A stretch of DNA of 64,000 bases from Octopus vulgaris (taxonomy: Eukaryota), in assembly GCA_951406725.2 (NCBI GenBank), contig OX597824.1, positions 42,718,001-42,782,000 on the forward strand, read 5' to 3'. The notes beneath the pieces are model-generated. The model was not told the origin of the DNA, did no database searches, and saw only the letters and a list, made by a program, of their open reading frames with translations. The position numbers were made by a program, and so were the translations under genes. Position 1 is the first letter of the stretch, and the number at the start of each line of letters is the position of its first letter. Positions 1-16,410 of the stretch are shown here, one piece after another.

Positions 1-69
1 CGTATAAAATGTACGTATAAGTGTTGATATTTATATATACATATACACGTATATACACACACATGTATA

Positions 70-111
<42 letters not shown>

Positions 112-164
112 GCATACATGTGCATACATCATGTGTGTTTGCATATGCTTGTGCGTGTGAGGAG

Positions 165-546
165 AGTGAGTGAGTTAGTTAGTTAGTTAGTGAGTGAGTG
201 AGTTGAGTGAGTGGGTGGGTGAGTGAGTGAGTGAGTGAGTGAGTTGAGTGAGTGAGTGAGTGAGTGAGTGAGTTGAGTGAGTGAGTGAGTGAGTTAGTTA
301 GTTAGTTAGTGAGTGAGTGAGTTGAGTGAGTGGGTGGGTGAGTGAGTGAGTGAGTGAGTGAGTGAGTGAGTGAATGAGTGAGTGAGTGAGTGAGTGAGTT
401 GAGTGAGTGAGTGAGTGAGTGAGTGAGTGAGTGAGTGAGTGAGTTGAGTGGGTGGGTGAGTGAGTGAGTGAGTGAGTGAGTGAGTGAGTGAGTGAGTGAA
501 GGAGTGAGTGAGTGAGTGAGTGAGTGAGTGAGTGAGTGAGTGAGTG
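165..546. repeat. (GTGA)n/(GTTA)n microsatellite with ~120-bp higher-order repetition
   Basis: Direct reading; the gttagttagtt...gtgggtgggt block recurs about 120 bp apart. Confidence 0.9.
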
Positions 547-1243
547 TGATTATTTTAATTTTTTGTTCGATCTGTTTCCGCAATCTTTTTTCTTTTTCGT
601 TAGTTTTTCCCTATCTTTTCTCTTTTATTTTTATTTTTATATAAATGTTCACAATTTATATTGTCTTCCTCCTTCCTTTCTCTCGCTGTCTACTTTACTT
701 ATTTCGTTCTCTCTCTCTCTTTCTCTCTCTCTCTCTTTGCTTTTTTTTTTTGTTTTTAACAAATGTGCTTTTTATATTTAACTTTTTTTTTGTGTATGTG
801 TGTGTGTGTCTCGTTTTACCCCAACGAAGTTTCGAATCGGTAAATCGGTAAAAATAGAGCAATTACGTTTAGTTAGAGAATGGAATGTGAATAAGATGAA
901 AAATGATAGAGAGAAAGAGATGGGGAAAAGGAAACAGAAACAGAATAAGAAAACGTTAGGGAAAGAGAAAAGGAATAGTAGCAATGGTAAAGTATATATA
1001 TATATATATATATATGACAGTGTGCTTGTGTGTATGTGTGTGTGTGTGTGTGAAATGGAAGGGAACAAGGAAGGCAAGAAAAGTAGCGGCGGGTTGAGGA
1101 AACGGATAATGTCATTATATTTTCTCTGAGCTTTAAATCTGCCTGAGGCCAGAGCAGAAGGATGAGAGTGGAGGAGATGGAGACTTACGTGGGAGGAGGC
1201 TTACGTCCTGTCTTCTATATGCGCGTGTGTGTATGCATTTATG

Positions 1244-1299
<56 letters not shown>

Positions 1300-1546
1300 T
1301 ATATATATATATATATACACACACAGAGACATATATATACATACTCTTATACGCATACATAGTCTGAGTTTTACATGTGTGTTTTCAAGTGTTTTGGTGT
1401 GTCAACTCTTGTAATATTTCTTTCGTTTTCTTTTTAATTTCTGTCCGTTTATTTGGTTTTGTTTTATAACTATTATTATCAGTCGTAATATTATATATAT
1501 ATATTTTTTTTATTTATTCATTTTTATTTATTTTTATTTATTTATT

Positions 1547-1577
<31 letters not shown>

Positions 1578-1749
1578 TTTGTCTTACTTCACAGTCTCTT
1601 TACATACGGCAAATACACCTTCACCACCCTCTGTACTGCCCCATCGAGTTTTCATCCTGCCCACCACTTCCTCCCTCCTTTTCCGCCTTCTCTCCTACTC
1701 TCTTATTCTCTTTCTCTTCTTTCTGTTTCTCTTTTTCTCTTCAACTCAC

Positions 1750-1784
1750 CGCATCCCAATGACAACCCACAACAACAGCAATAA

Positions 1785-1815
<31 letters not shown>

Positions 1816-1892
1816 GACAGAAGTTGTAGTTGCAATTGCAGCTGATGCTGATACAAGTTAAAAATTTCTGTCCTATCAATCATTAAAGACAT
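1750..1892 (-). CDS. Candidate first coding exon encoding a signal peptide/TM segment (MSLMIDRTEIFNLYQHQLQLQLQLLSLLLMLLLLLLLLLLLLWVVIGM-R); gene would continue left
   Basis: ATG at 1892 (-), hydrophobic stretch, then consensus donor CG|GTGAGT at 1749; the poly-Leu is a (TTG)n repeat, so this may be chance. Confidence 0.35.
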
Positions 1893-2415
1893 GTCTTTTA
1901 CAATGGGAAACTTTTGGCGGCAAGTAGGAATCTCCAGTTCCTCGGGGCGCACGTGTGGCGGTAGTGGAGGTGGTGGTAGTGGTGGCGGTGGCGGTGGTGG
2001 TGGTATTGGTGATGTGATAAGATGATGGTGGTGATGGAGAGGGGGGGGGGAGGGTTGGAAGATGTTGATGGTGCTGGGACGGTGAGAATGACGGTGATTG
2101 TTGTTTAGTTAATATCAGTGGTGGAGGTCGTGGTGGTGGTGGTGATGGTTTGGATTGTGTTGGTGATAAGGAATCGAGAGGTAAAGAGAGAGAGAGAGAG
2201 AGAAAGGTGGGGGAAAGAAACGTTCACATGAGAAATGAGTGCAGCTATCACTTGCTCAGTCAACCGTGAATGGTATTTCTTAAGTGCGAAATGCTAAAAT
2301 GGCTTCTTCGCTATTTTCTCTTGAAATACGCACACATACACACACTCACAAACACGCACACACATCCACACGTGTATATATATATATGTATATATATATG
2401 TATGTATGTATGTGC

Positions 2416-2447
<32 letters not shown>

Positions 2448-2522
2448 ATATATATGCATAAGAGTGTGTATATATAAATGCATATATATATATACGTACA
2501 CACACACACATATATATGCATG

Positions 2523-2569
<47 letters not shown>

Positions 2570-2821
2570 ATATGTGTGTGTGTCTGTATATATCATTAAA
2601 ACGAAACAAAGAAGTTTCCCTTTCTCTTCTCACTTTCTATCTCTGTTTTCCACACATACATACACATATCCAAACAAATACATGCATGCACATAGAAACA
2701 TGCACACATACACATATAATTGCATGCAATCGTCCCTTCTCTCCTAATCAGATCCATACAGTTGCACACACTCTCACATATGCTCACTAATATATACACA
2801 GTCACTTTCTCTTACATGTAT

Positions 2822-2857
<36 letters not shown>

Positions 2858-3276
2858 GCACACATAGATGCATACACATATGCATACGAACACAGCACAG
2901 ACAATCTTACACACAACTATACACGTACATAGATACATACATATCACACTGATATACACACATTCACACACACAAATGTCTCACATACACATAACCAAAC
3001 TTATGTATACACTCCCATATCATACATACGATCACACATATGTACATACACACACAGATAGTCATACGCAGATGCACCAATGCTCGTGTTCACAAACTCC
3101 ACCAATCATCACCTCAGCCTAGACCCAATCCACTCGCACCCGTCCGTTCTTCCGTTCACCCTGCTTCTCATTCTCTGTCTTCTCTCCACCTATATCCACC
3201 CCCATTCATTCTACTCCCTCTCCGGCCTCCCCCCATTCATTCTGCAGGCGTCCTCCAGCATTACTTCATCTAATTT

Positions 3277-3860
<584 letters not shown>

Positions 3861-4029
3861 ATTCAAATTTTCTTCCATTTCTCGCCGAGTGTTTTTGGTA
3901 CACCTAGGGCAGAGAAGCCCATCGTATGCATTCCCAGATTTCCCACGCAAATTCACAGGTAAAATATGTATTTAAAAAAATTAATAAATAAATAAATTCA
4001 TGAATGGATGTTGTTTTCACAGCGATAAT

Positions 4030-4418
4030 GCAGAAATTTTGGAGGAGCGGGTAATTCGATCACATCGATCCCCAGTGTATAACTGGTACTTATTTCATTG
4101 ACCCTGAAAGGATGAAAAGCAAAGTCTATCTCGACGGAATATGAACTAGGAACGTAAGGACGGACGAAATACCACTAAGCATTTTGTCCGGCGTGCTAAC
4201 GATTCTAATAACAATAATAATAATAATAATAGTAATTTTGCACAACTCCAGCAACTTCGATGAGTTGCAGGTAATTAGATTTCACCACTTAATTGGGTAC
4301 TTTATTCAATGGAATCCAAAAGCATGAAAGGCGAAAATGACCTCGGCAAAATTTGAACTCAGTACGTAATGTGCTAAGTATTTTGTACGATTAGCTAACA
4401 ATTCTGCCAAATCGCCGC
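4030..4418 (-). mobile_element. Two degenerate SINE family A copies
   Basis: aaggatgaaaagcaaagtc..ggaatatgaact and gcatgaaaggcgaaaatgacctcggcaaaatttgaactcag match the family core. Confidence 0.7.
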
Positions 4419-4779
<361 letters not shown>

Positions 4780-4945
4780 TCCTTTCTACAAGAGGCACAA
4801 GGGCTGAAATTTGGGGTGAGGAGTGGGAAGCCAATTACATCGACTCCAGTGTTCAATTGGTACATATTTTGTCAACCCGAAAGAATAAAAGATAAAGTCG
4901 ATCTCAGCAGAATTCGGAAGAAATGCTGTTAAGCATTTTACCCGG
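4780..4945 (-). mobile_element. SINE family A, partial
   Basis: Shared 3' motif cctttcta..aggcacaagg.ctgaaattt and core. Confidence 0.7.
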
Positions 4946-4990
4946 TGATTAGAATAATAATGATAGTGATGATGATAAGGATGATGATAA

Positions 4991-5558
4991 AATGCTCTGA
5001 TGCAATATCAGGCAGTAGATCGCATAACTTCTGATCTTAACTGATTGGAAGTATTAGCATGTATATGTTTTGTCTTGATGTAAAAGATGTGTTACAGCAA
5101 ATATTCTGCTCAGTACCAGAGATTTGCTTGTTAGTTGCTTGACCATAACCAGTTGAGCATGTCCCTTAGTAGCTGACGATATGAGCATCTCTAATCACGA
5201 GCAAAAGTAGTGTGTGGAGTGGGGATGGGGAATTGTAAACATGTGTTGAGAGCAATTCTTTGGGGTTTGAATAATTCACCCTCGGAAATATGGGTGTTTC
5301 TTTCATCATCCTTAAAAACTCTTGTGCATAAACGTTTAGAGCAGGATGAGCACTTCGACCTAAAAAAATTTCAAACTGGGCTTCACCTGCAAGGTCATGC
5401 GATATTTATTTTGATATGAAGTCACTATGTCTCGCACATATGGTTGTGTTGCATGTGCATGAGGTACCCTTATCAGTCGGGTAGTCATGTTGGGTATTTT
5501 GCGCTTCGTATATTTCTATCCCAGCGTCTCTTTGATGGTGCGTGCTGCTGTCTCACTT
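4991..5558 (+). mobile_element. ~560-bp non-coding interspersed repeat sitting in (TAA)n, copy 1 (diverged)
   Basis: Colinear with 8193-8749 from atgctctgatgca to gctg.ctcact. Confidence 0.85.
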
Positions 5559-5561
5559 AAT

Positions 5562-5895
5562 ACAGTCCCAATGATGAAAAAATCAATATGAGAGGTATAG
5601 AAAAAAATAGCAATGTACCAAGACCTAGCCATTGAATTACAGGGACTATGAAAAGTGCGGGTAAAATGTATCCCGGTAGTTATAGGTGCATTAGGAACTA
5701 TCACTAAAGATTTCAACAGACGGATAGAGGAAATAGGTATAAAACACAGTTTACTACAGTTCCAGAAAACAGTGTTATTAGAGACAGCTAAGATACTTAG
5801 GACGGTTCTTGGCATCTAAGGTTACGTGTTGCAGCCCGATGTTAGGAATATTTCTTTTCCAACAGAATAATCTGTTGTGTGTATATGAATAATAA
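5562..5895 (+). mobile_element. R4/Dong-clade non-LTR retrotransposon 3' end (restriction-like endonuclease C-terminus, 3'UTR, TAA tail)
   Basis: Translation EKIAMYQDLAIELQGL*KVRVKCIPVVIGALGTI...QKTVLLETAKILRTVLGI*. Confidence 0.85.
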
Positions 5896-6046
5896 TAATG
5901 ACAATAATAATAAAGACTGAAGTTACTCTTCACAGCGGTAAAGAAACAAGATGAGCGCGACTGTTATTAGTAATAAATAGAGATTCATTTTAATTTTCAT
6001 TTTAATAAACAGTGTCAATTTCTATTTATTACCAATAACAGTCGCG

Positions 6047-6150
6047 CTCTTCTTCTTCTTCTTCTTCTTCTTCTTCTTCTTCTTCTTCTTCTTCTTCTTC
6101 TTCTTCTTCTTCTTCTTCTTCTTCTTCTTCTTCTTCTTCTTCTTCTTCTT
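6047..6150. repeat. (CTT)n microsatellite
   Basis: Direct reading. Confidence 0.95.
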
Positions 6151-6155
6151 TCAAT

Positions 6156-6827
6156 TCACGGAGACAATTGATTATGTTGTTTCTGGCTGCCCAGTTCTCG
6201 CTGAAAAAGAGTACCTCGTAAAACATGTCAGACTAGTGTAGTACATCTATAGGAATGCTTGTAAATACTACAAAATTAAATCCCATAATAAGTGGTACAT
6301 GCACCATCCAGAGGAATTAGTAAATGGCGAGGGCGTCACCATCCTTTGGAACTTTTCAATACAAACAGACAGAAAAGAGACTCCAATCGACCCGACATTG
6401 TGATCAAGGACAACAACAGAGGAACTTCTCTGTTAAAAGATATGTCTGTCCCACAAGATCAAAATGTCTCGAGAAAGGAATAGGAAAAGCTTCCTTACTA
6501 TAAAGATCTCCAAATTGAAATCACAAAAATGTGGAAGCTTAGTACAACGGTAATACAAGTAGTAATTGGTGCGTTGGGAATGGTAAAAAAGGGAGCAGAA
6601 AAGTATATTAAGCTCCAATCTGGTAGCTCCAATCTTCGTGAACTACAAAAGATAACCTTGATGCATACAGCCCATATACTACGGAAAGCACTCTCCATCT
6701 AAAATGGAATAAATGTGGTGATAATTTTTAGCATGCATAGCAAAACGAAAGTGCCCTTGCTACTCTTGACCTCCGGAGGGTACCCAGTACTGAGGCAGTT
6801 TAGATAAAGTTATAATGAAAGGAAGCC

Positions 6828-6830
<3 letters not shown>
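6156..6830 (+). mobile_element. R4/Dong-clade LINE, 5'-truncated and decayed (end of zinc knuckle plus RLE domain)
   Basis: ETIDYVVSGCPVLAEKEY...KWYMHHPE...ILWNFSIQTDR..NRPDIVIKD...DMSVP...YKDLQIEITKMW...VVIGALG...TAHILRKALSI*, then (TAA)n. Confidence 0.9.
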
Positions 6831-7117
<287 letters not shown>

Positions 7118-7118
<1 letters not shown>

Positions 7119-8192
7119 TGATTCACCCACGTGCAGACGTTGATCTTATATATATATGAAGGGAGCAAATGGAGGAAAGGGACTGATAAGTGAAGAAGAC
7201 TGCGTGCATATGGAATGTGGGAACTTGCTGAAATGTATAACGCAAAGTGATGAAACCTTGTCAGTGACAGTTAGAAATGAGGGCATATTGAAAGCGGGAA
7301 AAAAGAAAAGTAAAAAAAGAACAAGACTTGCAAAAAGGACAAGAAGAAACGCTACTCAATAATGGACCTAACAATCAATTCCACATAGCCACACTTGAAG
7401 TTGCTGGAGAACTTAAGTGGGACTGGTTAAAGAAATTAATTCTTAATACGGAGACTGGGAGCACAGTATACTTGTAATGCAAGATCAAGCTCTGGCCACA
7501 CATTGAAGGGTCATCCTTAGGAATGAACAAGTGTTTCCACTGTACCGAATTTGGAATAGATCTGACAAAACCATTGGCTATATCGTACGTGAATGCCTTT
7601 GACTTACCCAAAACCAATATACGTTATGGCGACGTGATGAGAAAGCGAAAGTGCAGTGTGAAAAGTGGAAGTTAGAGAGAGGCGAGACATGGTACGAACA
7701 CAAACCATAGAGCGTGACTGAGTCAGACACCTGTAAAATCCTGTGGAATTTTCCACTCCAAAGGGGCCAGTGCTTGAGCACAAGCCGAACCTAGTGGTGT
7801 GGGACAAGGTGTAACACATGTGCTCTATAATTGATGCTGCGTGCCCCTTTGACCCACGAATAGTTAAGAAACAAGGCGAAAAAATGGACATATCCAATTC
7901 TCTTAAATACGAGATGGTTCGACTGTAGACAAATGTGAAGATAGTGCCCATTATTGTTAAACCTTTGGGGAAAATATCAGAAGGAATTAAGAAGAATATA
8001 AAATAAATGGGTTTAGAGTGCCCAGCAGAGCTGTTGCAAAAAGTTTTCCTCCTTGCACAGCCAAAATCATCGGGAAAATATTAGTAAGTTGAAGAGGACA
8101 ATTAGTATGGTACCGTATGCTGCAGGTAGCAAGCCTGCTAATCATGCAACACTTGAGGAGCTTCAACACAGCTTCAGTTTATAATAATAATA
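7118..8192 (+). mobile_element. R4/Dong-clade LINE, decayed second subfamily
   Basis: HPRADVD..YMKGANGGKGLISEEDCV; WYEHKP; CKILWNF; IIDAACPFD motifs; TAA tail. Confidence 0.8.
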
Positions 8193-8749
8193 AATGCTCT
8201 GATGCAGTGCCAGGCAGTGACTCTCATGGCTTCTGATCTTAACTGATTGGAAGTGTTATCATGTACATTGTTTTGTCTTGGTATAAAAGATGGGCTACAG
8301 CAAATATTCTGCTCAATACCACAGATTTGCTTGTCACTTGTTTGACCTTAAACAGTTGAGCATGTCCCTTAGTGACTGACGATAGGTGCATCTCTGATCA
8401 CGAGCAGAAGTAGTGGGGGAGCATCACAGCCGTGAGTTGAGGTGAATTCTTTGGGGTTTGGATAATTCACCATTGGAAACATGGGTGTTTCATTCAACAT
8501 CCTTAAACAAACCATTTTCAGGGACCTTTTGATTGAAATGGGCTACTCGACCTGAAGAAAATTCTAAATGGCTCCCATCTGCAAGGTCATGCGCTGGTTA
8601 TCTTGATATGAAATCACTATGACGCGCACATGTAGTTGTGATGCATGTGCTTGGTGTACCCTTATCAGACGGGTAGTCATGATGGTGAAAATAGGCTTCG
8701 TATATTTTACCCCAGTGTCGCTTTGATGGCATGCACTGCTCTCTCACTC
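8193..8749 (+). mobile_element. ~560-bp non-coding interspersed repeat sitting in (TAA)n, copy 2
   Basis: Homologous to 4991-5558 and (partial, inverted) 36984-37110; flanked by TAA repeats. Confidence 0.85.
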
Positions 8750-11205
<2,456 letters not shown>

Positions 11206-11209
<4 letters not shown>

Positions 11210-11558
11210 TCCTTAACAGGATTCTAAATGAACTAATCAAAGTAGACAAGAAAACAAGAAAAATAATGACAGGATTTAGGATGCATCACCCAAAATCTGA
11301 CATAGAAGGTTTATATATACAACGTATCGAAGATGGTAGAGGCCTTATACACCATAGGACTACTGAAATACCTACTTCAGAAGCAAGAAAAACTGATGCA
11401 AATAGCCACAAAATACGACCAAAGCAAAAATCTGTTTTCAGTCTTTAAGAGCTGACAAATGCAAAAAAAGAAGTCATAGTACCTAATAACTATGAAGGAA
11501 AAGAAGAAACATCAAAAGCTGTAAAACAACTGAAGGTCAAACTAAAGCTGGAACAATA
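11206..11558 (+). mobile_element. R4/Dong LINE internal fragment
   Basis: ILNELIKVDKKTRKIMTGFRMHHPKSDIEGLYIQRIEDGRGL; same family as 34268-35690. Confidence 0.85.
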
Positions 11559-11559
11559 G

Positions 11560-12065
11560 CTACTTTCTAGATGCCGAACACTCGACCCATGCCTGCAGCT
11601 CGATCGAGGAGTTGCCACATGAAAACGTGCCACTTGAAGAACACGCAAACCAGTCCGCTCTTGTTTCCGTCGTTGTCGTTGACTGCATCACAATAATTTA
11701 GATATTTTCACAGGTGTGTCAGCCACATTGCGTACTGACACATCATCAAGGACAACACGCGCTGAGGCTGACGCTTTCATGACCAACGGAATCTGACCCT
11801 TCTATAAGAATCTGAAAAGCATGCGCTCCAAGTTGGTTAGTTTTCAAGGGGCATGGTACAATAGTCAGGCAGTAGTAAATCACCGAGGTGAAGTATGCAC
11901 TCCGCCATGCGTTTGCCATTTTATGATTCTAGCTCCATATCGAAGTGATGCTGTCACCCATGTATTAACTCCTTGGCTTTTATTTCATCCGGTTAATTTT
12001 GAGCGCAAGACTAATCTTAGTCTTCCGAAATATTCCGGCCGGCCTTTGATATACAGGTTCCTCCC
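11560..12065 (-). mobile_element. Decayed LINE fragments: Dong-like RT piece (~11905-12060) and Tx1/L1-like piece (~11800-11885)
   Basis: Minus-strand translations EYFGRLRLVLRSKLTG*NKSQGVNTWVTASLRYGARIIKW and VIYYCLTIVPCP..LTNLERMLFRFL*KG. Confidence 0.55.
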
Positions 12066-12289
12066 AGCTCATTTTTGTGTGAAATTGGCTACCCTACTTA
12101 TGACGACTCCCCAGTTACTATTGATTTAGATCAGTGGTTCTCAACCGAACTCCATAGGCAACTGTCCAGTTTGTCTATGCCTTCAGACATTCTGCCTTAT
12201 GCGACAGTAGTCAACACTGTTTATGGCCTCCTGAAAATTTAATGACCAGCTCTGCCTTGATTGATGAGAATCATCGTATAGTGTGGGTA

Positions 12290-12540
12290 CGTGTGTGTGT
12301 GTGTGTGTGTGTGTGTGAGCGCAATGAGCGCGTTTGTTCCCCACCACTGCTTGACAACCGGCATTGATGTGTTTACGTCCTCGTAACTTAGAGGTTCGGC
12401 AAAAGAAACCGATAAAATAAGTACCAGGTTTTTTAAAAAAGTACTGGGCTCGATTCATTCGAATAAAAATTCTTCAAGGTGGTACTCCAGCATGACCACA
12501 GTCTAATGGCTGCAACAAGTAAATGACAAAGATAAAAGAC
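12290..12540 (+). mobile_element. SINE family B (CORE-type) 3' half
   Basis: gcttgacaaccg..gtgtttacgtcc.cgtaacttag.ggttcggcaaaaga matches 59003-59411. Confidence 0.8.
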
Positions 12541-12571
<31 letters not shown>

Positions 12572-12717
12572 TGTATGTATGTATGTATGTATGTATGTAT
12601 GTATGCATGTATGTATGTATGTATGTACGTATGTATGTATGTGTGTACGTTTGTTTGTATGTATGATTGTATGTATGTATGTATGTATGATTGTATGTAT
12701 GTATGTATGTATGTAAG

Positions 12718-12748
<31 letters not shown>

Positions 12749-13332
12749 GTATGTATGTATATATGTATGTATGTATGTAAGTATGTATGATTGTATGTAT
12801 GTATGTATGTATGTATGTAAGTATGTATGTATGTATGTATGTATGATTGTATGTGTGTATGTATGTATGTATGTATGTATGTTTGTATGTATGTATGTAT
12901 GTGTGTATGTCTGTATGTAAGTATGTATGTATGATTGTATGTATGTATGATTGTATGTATGTATGTATGTAAGTATGTATGTATGTATGTATGTATGTAT
13001 GTATGTATGTATGTATATGTATGTATGAACTGCTGGCAATTAGCGCCAGCCATTTTCTGGATCTCCATTACCTTCACAATGACAAATATATGGATTTCTT
13101 TTACTCCTTCCATCCCATTGCCCAAACGTAAAACAACGGGATTTGTGTGTGGACTGTTGGATTGTGGGTTGGTTGCTTTTGTTGTCTGTCAACTGGTCGA
13201 CCGACCTGTTGCAAAACACACAATACCTGTATCCGCATATAAACATGGAACTACCTGTGTACGTGTATGCATTTATATATGTAAACATGTATGTTTTGTA
13301 TGTAGGTATGTTTGTAAGTATGTATGTATATG

Positions 13333-13364
<32 letters not shown>

Positions 13365-13685
13365 TGTATGTATGTATGTATGTATGTATGTATCCATGCA
13401 TGTATGTATGTACTCCGTATATGTGTGTGTATATATGTAGGTATGTATGTATGTATGGATGGATGGATGGATGAGCGTGTGTGGGAGGTATGTATGCATG
13501 TATGTATGGACGTACGTATGTAGATATATGTATATACGTATATATAGGCGAGAAAGGGTAGTACAGAGAAAGAGACTTAGTTTATCTTTCTATATTTTCC
13601 CTGTAATTATAGATGTATATATCTGTATACATATACATACCTAAATATGTATATATATACATATGCAGATATATGTGTGTTTGTA

Positions 13686-13746
<61 letters not shown>

Positions 13747-13967
13747 TATATATGTATTCATATATATATATATATATGCATATATATATATATATGAATA
13801 CATATATATATGTATATATATATACATATATATATGTATTCATATATATATATATATATATTCATATATATGCATGCATGTATGTATATGTATATACACC
13901 GACATACATATATGGGTATGCATATGTTTGTAAATGTGTGTGCATATGTGTGCTTGTGTGTATGTAA

Positions 13968-14008
<41 letters not shown>

Positions 14009-14096
14009 CGCACATATATATACACACATATATATATATATATGCACACACACACATATGCATATATGTGTATGTGCGCGCGTTTGCGCGTGTGTA

Positions 14097-14138
<42 letters not shown>

Positions 14139-14160
14139 CACACACACAGAGTCACACATA
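12541..14160. repeat. (ATGT)n and (TA)n low-complexity tracts around a unique island at 13030-13260
   Basis: Direct reading. Confidence 0.85.
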
Positions 14161-14524
14161 TATGTCTGTCCGCAGCTTGGGCTGTATAATCTTAATGTCT
14201 CATTGATTAGCTATTCCCTTATGTTTACTCATAAAGGTTTATCTATAGGTGTTTCGTATCACCGGGCAACCAAGTAATTTTACTAACTCTCTTTCTTTCA
14301 CACACCCTCTCTCAGTTATTCCCTATGTCACTCATGCACGAATGCTCTTGCCTCTAAACGCACAAACATACACGCACACACACACACACACTTCCACACA
14401 CGTGCATAATTGCATGAATTCATAAATACATATATATATATATATCCGTAAATGTCCCCAAACACTATAATAGCTCGTTCGCATTTTCTCCCACTATCAA
14501 TCTAACTTATTTCTTCATTTATGT

Positions 14525-14590
<66 letters not shown>

Positions 14591-14596
<6 letters not shown>

Positions 14597-15106
14597 ACGA
14601 AGATGGCTAGTCGCAATATAAAACCAAAAAGGAAAAATTCAATTATCACTATTAGTGGCTGGGGGCACAGGGAAGCACATCTATTGCTAGAAACAAGAGT
14701 CAAAGACCCTTACAGCCACAAAAAGCACGTTGACTATGTGCTGACAGGAGAGATAACCTCCCCACAACGAGCGAGGCCACTATGCTAGCAAGCTTATCAG
14801 TAGTGATCACTCCACCGCTGATGGTTAAGCCAAATGCTACTTGTCAGTATATAGTATTTACCATATGAATCAATGGATAATTCAGGAAAATAGTAAAGTA
14901 AAAATTATAAAATTACGAAGGTGGCAAGACGTAATATAACACCAAAACGGAAAAAAATTCAACAGTCACAAATAGTGACTGAAGCTGCAGGGTAGTGACA
15001 ATACATTGACAACGTACTATTTGTGGCTATAAGGGTCTTTGACTCTTGTTTCTAGCAATATAGGTGCTACCCTGCACCCTCAGTCAGAATTAGTGATAAC
15101 TGAATT
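14591..15106. mobile_element. (TA)n-flanked element with internal direct and inverted repeats, possibly a Penelope pseudo-LTR remnant
   Basis: 14591-14675 resembles 14909-14995 (direct); 14636-14733 resembles revcomp of 15008-15106. Confidence 0.55.
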
Positions 15107-15140
15107 ATACATATATATACATACATACATACATACATAT

Positions 15141-15201
<61 letters not shown>

Positions 15202-15218
15202 TATATACAGATATATAT

Positions 15219-15284
<66 letters not shown>

Positions 15285-15348
15285 GAAATGAAGAAAATGC
15301 TGACAAAATAATTTAAGTAATTTAAGTAATTTAATTAGGTGGAAGTTC

Positions 15349-15386
15349 TTTTTACCGGTTGCGCATTTGTTATGCTTATCAAAATA
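15349..15386 (-). ncRNA. Degenerate minimal hammerhead motif (U3-A8 core; GAAA mutated to GCAA)
   Basis: tt-TTGATAA-GCAT-aacaa-ATGC-GCAA-CCG-GTA-aa. Confidence 0.5.
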
Positions 15387-15462
15387 TATTTTTTAAAGAG
15401 AGATTAGAGTTCCTTTTCTGATAGATTTTTTCCTCTTATTTTTCCTCTTATATATATATATA

Positions 15463-15876
15463 TAGTGTAATAAATAAAATATATGCATACATACAAACAT
15501 ATATGTACGTACCTTCCTGCGAGAGAATTAAAATAAAATTACCTCGCATCGTGTCCTGTCTTGCCTTCGAAACACGCTTGAGTCTACTAGCGACAGCTGA
15601 TGATTGGGGATTTTTCCTTGTGTAGCATGTCCTCTACTCTGTTTTTCTGTTGTAAAGAAATGTTTTTCCCGTTTTCGTTTCTCGTCCAGTTCCACGTCTC
15701 TGTTTTTCTGTTGTAAAAAAATGGCTTTTCCGTTTTCGTTTCTCGTTGAGTTCTACGTCTAGTTGTGGTGTCCTGTACTCACGTAAATATATTTATATAT
15801 GCATGTATATATACATGTGGATGTAGGTACGTACATATATGTTTGTATGTATGCATATATTTTATTTATTACACTA
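15463..15876. mobile_element. ~410-bp element with ~52-bp terminal inverted repeats
   Basis: 15463-15514 is the reverse complement of 15825-15876; terminus resembles 25795-25850. Confidence 0.7.
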
Positions 15877-15907
<31 letters not shown>

Positions 15908-16410
15908 ATTTGGCTCAAAAGCAAATAGCAAGGCCATGTAGGGGGACATGGAGTTAAGTACAGGGTGGTGTTCATGTAAAGAGTTCAGGCCACTTGAGGT
16001 CCAGGGAGGCTTTGAACAAAGCGGTCGTCGGCATCTTCACCATCTCGTCTGGCAGCTTGTTCCACGGATCCGCAACCCGGACGGAGAAAGCTCCTCTCCT
16101 TCGATTGAGATGAAATCGTCGCAGGTAGAGCTTTTTGGAATGACCCCGCAGCCGACGCTCCGGAGCAGGAGTGAAGAACAGCTCTTTCGAGAGGTTACAC
16201 TTCCCGCTTATGATGTTGTGGGCGAGAATGAGATCACCACGGCGGCGGCGTTTTTCAAGAGAATAAATGTCGAGCGTCCTCAGCCTTTCTTCGTAGGACA
16301 AATTTTTGAGACCATGAACCATGCGGGTAGCCAGCCTCTGGACTCTTTCGAGGTGCTGTATGTCTTTGAGAAGATAAGGAGAAGAGGCTTGAATCCCATA
16401 CTCCAATATT
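15877..16410 (-). mobile_element. CR1-clade LINE, 5'-truncated, open ORF2 C-terminus with (CTAA)n tail
   Basis: ORF 15972-16406: SPYLLKDIQHLERVQRLATRMV.GL..LSYEERL..L..YSLEKRR.RGDLI...RLRGHSKKL...FSVRV..WNKLP. Confidence 0.92.

Noticed and set aside
12132-12160. hAT MITE starting cagtggttctcaacc
   Set aside because: Only a left-end fragment; no matching right TIR or TSD found
15877-15907. (TTAG)n as interstitial telomere
   Set aside because: Not TTAGGG/TTAGG; it sits exactly at the CR1 3' end as its tail
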